64,000 nucleotides of DNA from an uncultured Actinomycetota bacterium (GTDB lineage: Bacteria; Actinomycetota; Actinomycetes; Mycobacteriales; Mycobacteriaceae). The stretch lies in the NCBI GenBank assembly GCA_963796545.1, contig CAWCMF010000026.1:135209-199208 (forward strand), read 5' to 3'. Of the stretch, positions 29,749 through 38,933 are shown piece after piece. The notes under the pieces were generated by a model that made no database searches, was not told where the DNA came from, and was given only the letters and a program-made list of their open reading frames with translations. A program made the translations under genes and the position numbers. Position 1 is the stretch's first letter. The number at the start of each line of letters is the position of its first letter.

Positions 29749-30726
29749 TCATCTGGCCGGTGCCGGTGTCGGTGTCGGTGTCGGTGTCGGATCGGTGTCC
29801 AGCTGCTCGGGTGTCGTTTCGTTGGTTTCGGTGTCCGGCTGCTCGGGTGTCGTTTTGTCGGTGTCGGGATCGGTGTCGAGCTGCGGTGTCGTTTTGTCGG
29901 TGTCGGTGTCGGTGTCGGTGTCGGGATCGGGATCGGTGTGCAGCTCGGCTGTCGTTTTGTCGGTGTCGGTGTCCGGCTGCTTGAGCGTCGTGTTGTCGGT
30001 GTCGATGTCCAGCTCGTCCAGCGGGCCTGCCTGGTCGATATCGGCCTCCCTTTGTTCCACCATCGCCTCGACCGCTTCCTTATTCTCGGCGGCCGCCGGC
30101 AGCGGGTCCTCTTCCAGAGGATCGGGGATGGCTTCGACCGCCTCGGGGAACTTCGGGGGGAAGATCAAAAGCAAGAAGGCAAACACCGGAACCACGACAA
30201 AGAAGAGGAAGGCGCCGGCGAAGGGCTCTGGTATCAAGGGCAGCACCGACATAAATGCCGATGTGACCCACTCCGCCAACTCGTTCTCGAAGCTCAGCTC
30301 TTCACTCTCTATCGCGGCGGCAAGCTGTGATTGACCGACTGCATCGGCCGCTAGCGTTGGGGAGCCGGTCGGTGGTGCTGCCGGAGGCGATTCGCGCAGA
30401 GTGATCACGGCGCCATTAGGGATGCCTGCGCCGCCGTGGACGACAGGCGGGAGAAGCGGTACGACGGGCGTGGCTTGACCGCTGATGAATTCGTCCAGCA
30501 GCGGGGGCAGACTTGTCGTCGGATGTAGCGCGAATGCCGCGAGCTGAACCTCACGAGGTTTGGTTTTCGCAACTTGAACGTCCGGTGGTGCGATCACGAG
30601 GCCCAACACCAGGACGGCAGCACCGCACACGGAGGCGCCTGCGGTGAGGTGGGGGCGAAACGCTTGGTCAGTGACGAAACCTGAAGCACGACAACTCGAT
30701 ACGACCGATGCGCGTGCGTTGCTCAT
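29749..30726 (-). CDS. Hypothetical exported/membrane protein with acidic low-complexity tail
   Basis: Signal-like FRPHLTAGASVCGAAVLVLGLV...EVQLAA, an internal TM, and DTDKTTP repeats. Confidence 0.65.
   Translation of the reverse strand: MSNARASVVSSCRASGFVTDQAFRPHLTAGASVCGAAVLVLGLVIAPPDVQVAKTKPREVQLAAFALHPTTSLPPLLDEFISGQATPVVPLLPPVVHGGAGIPNGAVITLRESPPAAPPTGSPTLAADAVGQSQLAAAIESEELSFENELAEWVTSAFMSVLPLIPEPFAGAFLFFVVVPVFAFLLLIFPPKFPEAVEAIPDPLEEDPLPAAAENKEAVEAMVEQREADIDQAGPLDELDIDTDNTTLKQPDTDTDKTTAELHTDPDPDTDTDTDTDKTTPQLDTDPDTDKTTPEQPDTETNETTPEQLDTDPTPTPTPTPAPAR
29763..30005 (-). repeat. Coding micro/minisatellite (GACACC)n with DTDxTTPEQ units
   Basis: Repeated GTCGGT hexamers and recurring GTCGTTTTGTCGGTGTC on the + strand. 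Confidence 0.8.
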
Positions 30727-30935
30727 TGCGATTCCTTCCGCGAGGGCCACGCGAAACCATCGCCGTAAGATCCGGCTGCATGCTCCGCAACGCGAATTGT
30801 TACTCTCTCGCGCCGTGGTGAGACCAGTAATGCTGTACTGGCGATTCGACAAGTGTCGAGCCGGTACTACTGAGATGCACTCGCGCAGCCTCTTCGCGGC
30901 GACCGCCGCAGCCGTCGGGTCGTGCTGATGGTCAC

Positions 30936-31670
30936 CTAGCTACTTCGACCTGAAAAAGTCGGGGCGTGTCGAGTCTTTTGAGGGTGCCTGAGCTGGGATG
31001 ATGGCCTCGAACCCTTGGCGAGAAGGATTCGAGGCCATCATGTTTCGTACTGTAAATGATCAGCCGACGATGTGGGACGCGATCCTGCCGCCGGAGTTGT
31101 TGGTGTTACCGGTGGAGTTGGGTCGAGTCGACGGGCTGTTGGATGATCCGGTGTTCTTCGCACCCCTTCGCGCCGTTCTTCGACCCCCGCGTCGGGCGGC
31201 CTTCACTCCGATGGACACGTATCTGCGGTTGATGTTCCTGAAGTTCCGCTACCGACTGGCTACGAGTCGTTGTGTCGGGAAGTGGCCGATTCGATCTCCT
31301 GGCAGCGGTTCTGCCGGATCCCGTTCGGTACCCGGGTGCCGCACCCGACGACGTTGATGAAGATCACGACCCGGTGCCGCCCGCCAGCAGGTCGAGAAAC
31401 GTCCAGCATTTCGTCGGACCATCAAGTGGCGAACCGGATGCGCAGGCCGGATCAGCACCCTCAAACGCGGATACGGCTGGGATCGCAGCCGCCTGGACAG
31501 CCTCGAGGGAGCGAAAACCTGGACCTGACAGGGGATCTTCACCCACAACCTGATCAAGATCGCAGCCCTGACCCCCTGAATCGGACAACGACGCGATCGA
31601 CGACCATCCGCGTTCAACGCTTCGGCCACCATTTCAGCCACCGCAGGCCGATCAGGTTTTTCAGGTCGAA
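30936..31670 (+). mobile_element. Internally deleted IS (ISNCY/IS5-like)
   Basis: 14-bp inverted ends TTCGACCTGAAAAA (30944 and 31657-31670). Transposase N-terminus MFRTVNDQPTMWDAILP... is joined to C-terminus ...IKWRTGCAGRISTLKRGYGWDR. Confidence 0.85.
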
Positions 31671-31729
31671 TCGGTTGGGCGTGCCGAGTAGCCGTGCAGA
31701 AAACCGCCACGCGGGGGTACACCATCGAT

Positions 31730-32315
31730 GTGACCGAGACCGGCGAATCCGATTGGGACCAGTACGCACCCGAAGTACTCGTCGACCAGATCGCTGCGTA
31801 TGACCGCATGCGCCGTCAATGCCCCGTTGCGCACGACGTATCAGGAAACTGGGCGGTGGTCAAACACGCAGGCGTCGTGCGGGTGCTCGACGAGCACCAA
31901 ACGTTCTCCAACGTCTTCTCCAGTCACGTGGCCGTCCCGAACGGCATGGATCCCCCCACAGCACACCGCTTTCCGGGCGATTGTGGACCGCTATTTCGCG
32001 GCGGACAGGATGATCGCGTTCGAACAGGTGGTATGCGCGATCGCCGCCGAAATGATGGGGTCAACTCCCGCGTGGCGAGGAAGTCTTCGGCGATCCAGAC
32101 CTTTCGATTTGAACCGCGACACTCGCCTCAACCTGCTCTACGACAGGGGGTCCCCGTCTGCCCCGGCGAGCCGCTGGCCCGCCTCGAGCTTCGGGTGTTC
32201 GTGGAGCAGCTGTTCGCCGATACCGCGGACCATCGGGCCGGCAGCCGACGCGTGCGCGACGAATGCGGTCTATCCCGCATCGGGTTTCGCGACGCTCCCC
32301 CTGCGGTTCGCATAG
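31730..32315 (+). pseudogene. Cytochrome P450 remnant with central deletion
   Basis: YDRMRRQCPVAH...MDPPQHTAFR is followed almost directly by the heme segment CPGEPLARLELR. Multiple frameshifts. Confidence 0.8.
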
Positions 32316-32400
32316 CGCCGCCACGCGAGGCAGACCGCATAGAGTTCGAGGGAGCGCTTCAGGGCGGGAGAACTCTCGCCCGAGCAGAGAGGTGATTGCG

Positions 32401-32838
32401 ATGTCCAAAGGCCAACAACTTGATGTCCTGAATCGAAGGCAGTGTCTGGATCTGCTCCAAGACGTGCGTGTGGGCCGTCTGGTCTTCACCGAGGACGCCC
32501 TGCCCGCCGTGCAGCCGGTCAACTTTCGGTTGTGGCGTGACGACATAGTCGTCCGAGTTGCCGGCGGGGCGAAGCTGACCGCCGCGACCGAAAAGTCAGT
32601 CGTCGCCTTCCAGGCCGATGAGCTCGATCCCGACCTGCGCACGGGGTGGAGTGTGACCGTCGTCGGACACGCGTCCCCCATCACCGATATCGACGAATTG
32701 GTCGAAGTGTCGGGAACGTTTGTGCAGCCGTGGGTCGACGGTCGGCGCGATCATTTCATCCGGATCGAATCGGAGAAGATGACCGGACGCCGCTTCAGAG
32801 AACCCGGGTCGCCCCAATACGGGAACGCGGTCACATGA
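32401..32838 (+). CDS. Pyridoxamine 5'-phosphate oxidase-like flavin-binding protein
   Basis: CLDLL...VGRLVF...PVNF, VAFQADE, GWSVTVVG, TGRR. GAGGTG RBS. Confidence 0.88.
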   Translation: MSKGQQLDVLNRRQCLDLLQDVRVGRLVFTEDALPAVQPVNFRLWRDDIVVRVAGGAKLTAATEKSVVAFQADELDPDLRTGWSVTVVGHASPITDIDELVEVSGTFVQPWVDGRRDHFIRIESEKMTGRRFREPGSPQYGNAVT

Positions 32839-32863
32839 GTGCGTGAGGTCGGTGGTGGTGAGG

Positions 32864-33136
32864 TCAGTACCGCAACCTTTCCCCGGCGACCCGCACGTCC
32901 GCACGTGTTGCCCGATGGGCGATCGCGTGGATCGGATGCGTCAGCACCGGGTGGCGGCACTGCGGACACGACGCCTGGCCCTTGTTCGCTGAGCTGAACG
33001 TCAGATGACGACATTCGCTACATCGCACGACATAGAAGGCGCCGACCCAGTTGGCCAGCCCCAGGAAGATCGCGAGCGTGGTGAGCGTGGCCAGCACGGT
33101 GATGAGAACGATGGTTAATACCGAGTAAACCGTCAT
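32864..33136 (-). CDS. Small membrane-anchored zinc-ribbon protein
   Basis: TM helix followed by CSEC...CPQC. GGAGG RBS. Confidence 0.7.
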   Translation of the reverse strand: MTVYSVLTIVLITVLATLTTLAIFLGLANWVGAFYVVRCSECRHLTFSSANKGQASCPQCRHPVLTHPIHAIAHRATRADVRVAGERLRY

Positions 33137-33242
33137 GATGGGCAACCTCCGAGGAAACGCCTCATTGATGGCATCAACGGTACGCCCGGGTCCTGCAGAT
33201 CGGGCGCGGAACTGTGCGTTGACTGCCGCGCCGAGTCCGCGA

Positions 33243-33410
33243 TCAGGCCTTTCGCGCGCGCTTGAAGACGACCGTCAATTCCTTGCCCCGGATTCCGTTC
33301 AGTTCGGCCTTGCGGACCTTGTGCAGCACCAGGGGGCAGCGCTTGCACCGAGGCTTGCTACGGCAGCACTTCTTCTTGGGTCTGATGTCGGCAAACTTGC
33401 TCGGCTTCAA
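33243..33410 (-). CDS. 55-aa basic Cys-rich protein divergent from typA
   Basis: KKKCCRSKPRCKRCP...RARKA. TTG start inferred. Confidence 0.65.
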   Translation of the reverse strand: MKPSKFADIRPKKKCCRSKPRCKRCPLVLHKVRKAELNGIRGKELTVVFKRARKA

Positions 33411-33465
33411 GTGAGCTGTCTCTCTCGTTTTCGTGATCGGTGCACTGCACTGCGACAATCACGAG

Positions 33466-35367
33466 GTGGATTCACGCCCTGATTTTCGCAACGTCGCCAT
33501 CGTGGCTCACGTCGACCACGGTAAGACGACCCTGGTCGACGCGATGCTGCGCCAATCGGGGGCTCTGAGTCACCGCGGTGACGACGCGATCGAACGCCTG
33601 ATGGATTCCGGTGACCTGGAGAAGGAAAAGGGCATCACCATCCTGGCCAAGAATACGGCCGTGCACCGGCACCACCCCGATGGCGGCATGACGGTCATCA
33701 ACGTGATCGACACCCCGGGCCACGCCGACTTCGGTGGCGAGGTCGAACGTGGCCTGTCCATGGTCGACGGCGTGCTGCTGCTGGTCGACGCGTCGGAGGG
33801 CCCGCTGCCGCAGACCCGGTTCGTGCTGCGCAAGGCGCTGTCCGCGCACCTTCCGGTGATCGTGGTCGTCAACAAGACCGATCGACCGGACGCCCGGATC
33901 GGCGAGGTCGTCTCCGAGAGCCACGATCTGCTGCTCGACGTCGCGTCGGACCTGGACGAGGAAGCGCAGAATGCGGCAGAGTTCGCGCTCGGACTGCCGA
34001 CGCTGTACGCGTCGGGCCGCGCGGGCATCGCCAGCACCACCGAACCCGCCAACGGCGAGAACCCCGATGGGGAGAACCTCGACCCGCTCTTCGACGTGCT
34101 GCTCGAGCACATCCCGCCGCCGCAGGGCGATCCGGAGGCGCCGCTGCAGGCGCTCGTCACCAACCTCGACGCGTCCGCGTTCCTCGGCCGGCTCGCCTTG
34201 ATCCGCATCTACAAAGGCCGCATCCGCAAGGGCCAGCAGGTGGCCTGGATGCGTGAGGTCGACGGCCATCCGGTCATCACGAACGCCAAGATCACCGAAC
34301 TCCTTGCCACCGAGGGCGTCGAGCGGACCAGCACGAATGAGGCCGTCGCCGGGGACATTGTCGCCGTCGCAGGCATGCCGGAGATCATGATCGGCGACAC
34401 CCTGGCCGACGTCGATCACGCGCACGCGCTGCCGCGCATCACCGTCGACGAGCCCGCCATTTCGGTCACCATAGGCACCAACACCTCGCCGTTGGCGGGC
34501 AAGGTTCCCGGGCATAAGCTGACCGCGCGAATGGTCAAGGCCCGCTTGGATTCCGAACTCGTCGGCAACGTGTCGATCAAGGTCGTCGATATCGACCGTC
34601 CGGACGCCTGGGAGGTACAGGGCCGTGGCGAGTTGGCGCTGGCGATTCTAGTCGAGCAGATGCGTCGCGAAGGTTTCGAGCTGACCGTCGGTAAGCCGCA
34701 AGTGGTCACCCGGACGGTCGACGGCAAGCTGCACGAGCCGTTCGAAGCGATGACCATCGACTGCCCCGAAGAGTTCGTCGGCGCTGTCACGCAGTTGATG
34801 GCCGCCCGCAAGGGCCGCATGGAGGAAATGGCCAACCACGCCGCCGGCTGGGTGCGGATGGACTTCATCGTGCCGAGCCGCGGGTTGATCGGCTTCCGGA
34901 CCGATTTCCTCACGCTGACTCGCGGCACCGGCATCGCCAACGCCGTGTTCGAGGGCTATCGCCCCTGGGCGGGGGAGATCCGGGCCCGCCATACCGGCTC
35001 GCTGGTCTCGGACCGTACCGGCAAGATCACGCCGTTCGCGATGACCCAGCTGTCCGACCGTGGCCAGTTCTTCGTCGAGCCGGGTGACGACACTTATGAG
35101 GGTCAGGTCGTCGGCATCAATCCGCGCGCCGAGGATCTCGACGTCAATGCGACCCGCGAGAAGAAGCTCACCAATATGCGTTCGGCGACCGCCGACGTCT
35201 TCGAGACGTTGGCTCGCCCTCTCGACATGGGCCTCGAACTGGCCATGGAGTTCTGCGCCGAGGACGAGTGCGTCGAGGTGACGCCGGAGGTCGTGCGCGT
35301 GCGCAAGGTCGAGCTGAACTCGTCGCTGCGGGCGCGAGCGAAATCACGCGCGAAGGCTCGCGGGTGA
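33466..35367 (+). CDS. typA: Translational GTPase TypA/BipA
   Basis: AHVDHGKTT, GITI, DTPGHADF, NKTD, GRGEL, EKKLTNMR. Confidence 0.97.
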   Translation: MDSRPDFRNVAIVAHVDHGKTTLVDAMLRQSGALSHRGDDAIERLMDSGDLEKEKGITILAKNTAVHRHHPDGGMTVINVIDTPGHADFGGEVERGLSMVDGVLLLVDASEGPLPQTRFVLRKALSAHLPVIVVVNKTDRPDARIGEVVSESHDLLLDVASDLDEEAQNAAEFALGLPTLYASGRAGIASTTEPANGENPDGENLDPLFDVLLEHIPPPQGDPEAPLQALVTNLDASAFLGRLALIRIYKGRIRKGQQVAWMREVDGHPVITNAKITELLATEGVERTSTNEAVAGDIVAVAGMPEIMIGDTLADVDHAHALPRITVDEPAISVTIGTNTSPLAGKVPGHKLTARMVKARLDSELVGNVSIKVVDIDRPDAWEVQGRGELALAILVEQMRREGFELTVGKPQVVTRTVDGKLHEPFEAMTIDCPEEFVGAVTQLMAARKGRMEEMANHAAGWVRMDFIVPSRGLIGFRTDFLTLTRGTGIANAVFEGYRPWAGEIRARHTGSLVSDRTGKITPFAMTQLSDRGQFFVEPGDDTYEGQVVGINPRAEDLDVNATREKKLTNMRSATADVFETLARPLDMGLELAMEFCAEDECVEVTPEVVRVRKVELNSSLRARAKSRAKARG

Positions 35368-35390
35368 ACCTGCTCGTTACCCTGTAGAGC

Positions 35391-37258
35391 GTGCCGACCA
35401 CTCCGCGACGCATCAGCGCTTGCGCCGGCGCAATAGCGATGACGTTGGCACTGGTCACCGGCTGCACAGTCAGCCCACCGCCCGCGCCCCAGAGCACCGA
35501 CACCACCGAGTCGACGCCGCCGCCACCTATGAAGGCGGCGCAGATCATCATGGCGATCGACTCGATCGGACCGGGGTTCAACTCGCATTTGCTGTCCGAC
35601 CAGTCGCCGGTGAACGCGGCTATCAGTTCACTGGTGCTGCCGAGTTCGTTCCGGCCGATCCCCGATTCGCGGACGCCGACCGGTTCGCGCTGGGAGATGG
35701 ATCCCTCGCTGCTGGAGTCGGCGGAGGTCACCAGTGAGAACCCGTTCACCGTCACCTACAAGATCCGTCCGGAAGCGCAGTGGACCGATAACGCGCCGAT
35801 CGGTGCCGACGACTACTGGTACCTGTGGCGGCAGATGGTCGGCCAGCCCGGCGCAGTGGACCCCGCCGGCTACGACCTGATCACCGGCGTGCAGTCCGTG
35901 GAAGGTGGCAAGACGGCCGTCGTGACGTTCGCCCAGGCCTATCCCGCCTGGCGGGAGCTGTTCAACGACATCCTGCCCGCTCACATCGTCAAGGACGTCC
36001 CCGGTGGATTCGCCGCCGGTCTCGCCCAGGCGTTGCCGGTGACAGGCGGGCAGTTCCGGGTGGACACCATCGACCCGCAGCGCGACGAGATCCTGCTGGC
36101 CCGCAATGATCGCTATTGGGGTGAGCCCGCCACCCCCGATCTGATTCTGTTCCGCCGCGGCGGCACCCCGGCTGCGCTGGCTGATTCGATCCGCAATGGC
36201 GACACTCAGGTCGCTCAGGTGCACGGAGGGTCGGCGGTGTTCGCGCAGCTCTCGGCGATTCCGGATGTCAGGACCGCGCGCATCGTGACCCCGCGCGTCA
36301 TGCAGATGACGCTGCGTGCACAGCAACCGACACTGGCCGACATCCAGGTCCGCAAGGCCATCCTCGGTTTTCTCGATGTAGACCTGCTGGCCGCGGTCGG
36401 CGCGGGTGACGACAACACCGTCACGCTGGCTCAGGCGCAGGTGCGCTCGCCGTCCGATCCCGGCTATGTGCCGACCTCCCCTCCGGCGATGTCCCGCGAA
36501 GAAGCGATGTCGTTGCTTGCCGGCGCCGGCTATCAGATCGAGCCGATAGAGACGCCGACCCCGCCCTCGCCGTCGCCCAGCCCGCCGGAGAACAACCGCG
36601 GCCGGCTCATCAAGGACGGGCAGCCGTTGACGCTCGTTCTCGGTGTCGCCGCCAACGACCCGACCGCGGTCGCGGTCGCGAACACCGCCGCCGACCAACT
36701 GCGCAACGTCGGGATCGCGGCGTCGGTGGCGGCGCTGGATCCGGTGACGCTGTACGGCGACGCACTCGTCAACAACAAGGTCGACGCGGTGATCGGCTGG
36801 CATCCGGCGGGCGGCGACCTCGCGACGTCACTGGCGTCGCGGTACGGCTGCCCCGCGCTGGAAGCCACCGCGGTCGAGACCACGCCCGGCTCGCCGCCGC
36901 CGACCTCGACAGAGGACCCGCCCCCGTCCCCGTCCCCCCGCGGACCACGGCGACGCAGACCACACCCGCCCCGGCCCCGGAGTCCGGTCAGCTTGTACAG
37001 GCGCCGAGCAACATCACCGGCATCTGCGACCGCAGTATCCAGCCGAGAATCGACGCCGCACTTAGCGGCACCGCCGATATCGCCGAGGTGATCGACGCGG
37101 TCGAGCCGCGACTGTGGGAGATGTCGACGGTGCTGCCGATCCTGCAGGACACCACGATCGTCGCGGCAGGCCCCAGAGTTCAGAACGTCAGCCTCACCGG
37201 CGCGGTACCCGTCGGCATCGTCGGAGATGCCGGCACCTGGGTCAAGCCTCCGCAGTAG
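35391..37258 (+). CDS. lpqW: Lipoprotein LpqW, SBP family 5 (frameshift near 36935)
   Basis: Lipobox [23 protein letters not shown]. The C-terminus [10 protein letters not shown]...PILQD is in another frame. Confidence 0.88.
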
Positions 37259-37395
37259 TGTCCTGGCGTTGTCGGCGCAACACCAGGCCGATGACCACGA
37301 CCGCGCACCCGAACTGCACGTTGCGGCGGGTCACGAGGGGACTGTATGTCAGGTCGGGCGTCCGCGGCGGCAGAAGAACGGGCAAGCTGTCTCCA

Positions 37396-38250
37396 ATGGA
37401 GACCGCGCGACTGCTTTTCGTCCACGCCCACCCCGACGACGAGACCATCACCACGGGCGCGACGATCGCGCACTACGCCGCCCGCGGCGCAGAGGTGCGC
37501 GTCATCACGTGCACGCTCGGCGAAGAGGGCGAGGTCATCGGCGACCAGTGGGCGCAGTTGACCGTCGACCACGCCGACCAGCTGGGCGGGTACCGGATCA
37601 GCGAACTGACCGCGGCGCTGGCCGCGTTGGGCGTGGACCGTCCGCGTTATCTCGGCGGGGCGGGGCGCTGGCGGGACTCCGGGATGGAAGGCACCCCGGC
37701 CAGGCATCAGAAACGCTTCGTCGACGGTCACTTCGCCGAGCAGACCCGTCTGCTGGCCGAGGCAATCGACGACCTGCGTCCGCACGTCGTCGTCACATAC
37801 GACGAGGACGGCGGGTACGGACACCCCGACCACATCCACGCCCACCGGGTCACGACGGCGGCGGTCGCCGCGTCGAGCTGGGAGGTGCCCAAGTTCTATT
37901 GGACGGTGACGTCGGCGACGGCCCTGGCCAACGGACTCGACGCGATGGGCGACGTGCCGGACGGGTGGATCAAGGTGTCGGCGGATGATCTGTCTCAATT
38001 CGGTTTCGCCGACGACGCGATCGACGCGGCGCTCGACCTCGCCCCGCACGGGGCTGCCCGGGTTTCGGCGCTGCGCGCTCATGCCACGCAGGTGAGCGTC
38101 GCCCCCGATGGACGGACCTTCGCGCTGTCGAACAACCTTGCGCTGCCGGTCGATTCGACCGAGTATTACGTGCTGGCCGAGGGCACCGCAGGCCCGCGCG
38201 ACCACCGCGGCTGGGAAACGGATCTGTTGGCCGGACTGACCCTCGGTTGA
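37396..38250 (+). CDS. mshB: GlcNAc-Ins deacetylase (mycothiol biosynthesis)
   Basis: [35 protein letters not shown]. Confidence 0.95.
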   Translation: METARLLFVHAHPDDETITTGATIAHYAARGAEVRVITCTLGEEGEVIGDQWAQLTVDHADQLGGYRISELTAALAALGVDRPRYLGGAGRWRDSGMEGTPARHQKRFVDGHFAEQTRLLAEAIDDLRPHVVVTYDEDGGYGHPDHIHAHRVTTAAVAASSWEVPKFYWTVTSATALANGLDAMGDVPDGWIKVSADDLSQFGFADDAIDAALDLAPHGAARVSALRAHATQVSVAPDGRTFALSNNLALPVDSTEYYVLAEGTAGPRDHRGWETDLLAGLTLG

Positions 38251-38304
38251 CGGCGGCGCGACCGGGTAAGCTGCCCGCAACTGACCGCGCACGGAGGGGA
38301 ACAC

Positions 38305-38412
38305 ATGGACCCGGACCTGGATCCCAACCTGCAGCACTGGCAGGACCGCCTCGACAGCTACCAGTGGGTCATCGGCTCGCTCGTCTCGGTGCTCGACAGC
38401 ATCCCGACCTGA
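38305..38412 (+). CDS. 35-aa small protein (not in ORF track)
   Basis: MDPDLDPNLQHWQDRLDSYQWVIGSLVSVLDSIPT*. Strong GGAGG RBS, high GC3. Confidence 0.7.
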   Translation: MDPDLDPNLQHWQDRLDSYQWVIGSLVSVLDSIPT

Positions 38413-38837
38413 CGACGTCAGCTCCGCCGGCGTCAGACCGGCTTCGGTTCGTGGTCCTGGCCGTACTCGGCCTCAACGGTGTGCTCTCCGCCCTGATGGC
38501 TGTCTTCTTCCTCCCGCTGCGGATCGGCCCTCTTCCCTTCCCGATCAGTGCGCTGATCAGTGGTGTTCTCAATGCTGCGATGGTGTGGGTTGGGCTGCAG
38601 TGGACGACGGCGCCACGCCTGGCCGCCCTGCCGCTGTGGACGTGGCTGGCGACCGTTCTGCTTTTCACCGTGGTCGGACCGGGCGAGGACATCGTGTTCG
38701 GTGGCACAGGGATCATGGAGTTCGGGCCGGTGCTGCTGGTCGCGCTGGGTGCGCTGCCTGCCGCGTGGGTGCTGATGCGTCATCCCGGGTCGGGGGACCT
38801 AATCCCCGGGGCGGGCTCCGGCCGCCGCGCAGGGTGA
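38409..38837 (+). CDS. Membrane protein (Rv1171-like); start uncertain
   Basis: Four hydrophobic segments, FLPLRIG.LPFPISA, GPGEDIV. Confidence 0.7.
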   Translation: MTTSAPPASDRLRFVVLAVLGLNGVLSALMAVFFLPLRIGPLPFPISALISGVLNAAMVWVGLQWTTAPRLAALPLWTWLATVLLFTVVGPGEDIVFGGTGIMEFGPVLLVALGALPAAWVLMRHPGSGDLIPGAGSGRRAG

Positions 38838-38933
38838 CTACTGTGATCCCCATGTCCCGCGGATGGCAGGCGCACTCGGTTTCAAATAGTGAGACGCGCG
38901 GATGATCCGCGACGACGCCGGGGTTACAGGGAA

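Noticed and set aside
29565-30334. + strand ORFs with RCRC, GVGV and SVSV repeats
   Set aside because: Alternative-frame readings of the GACACC microsatellite in the minus-strand gene.
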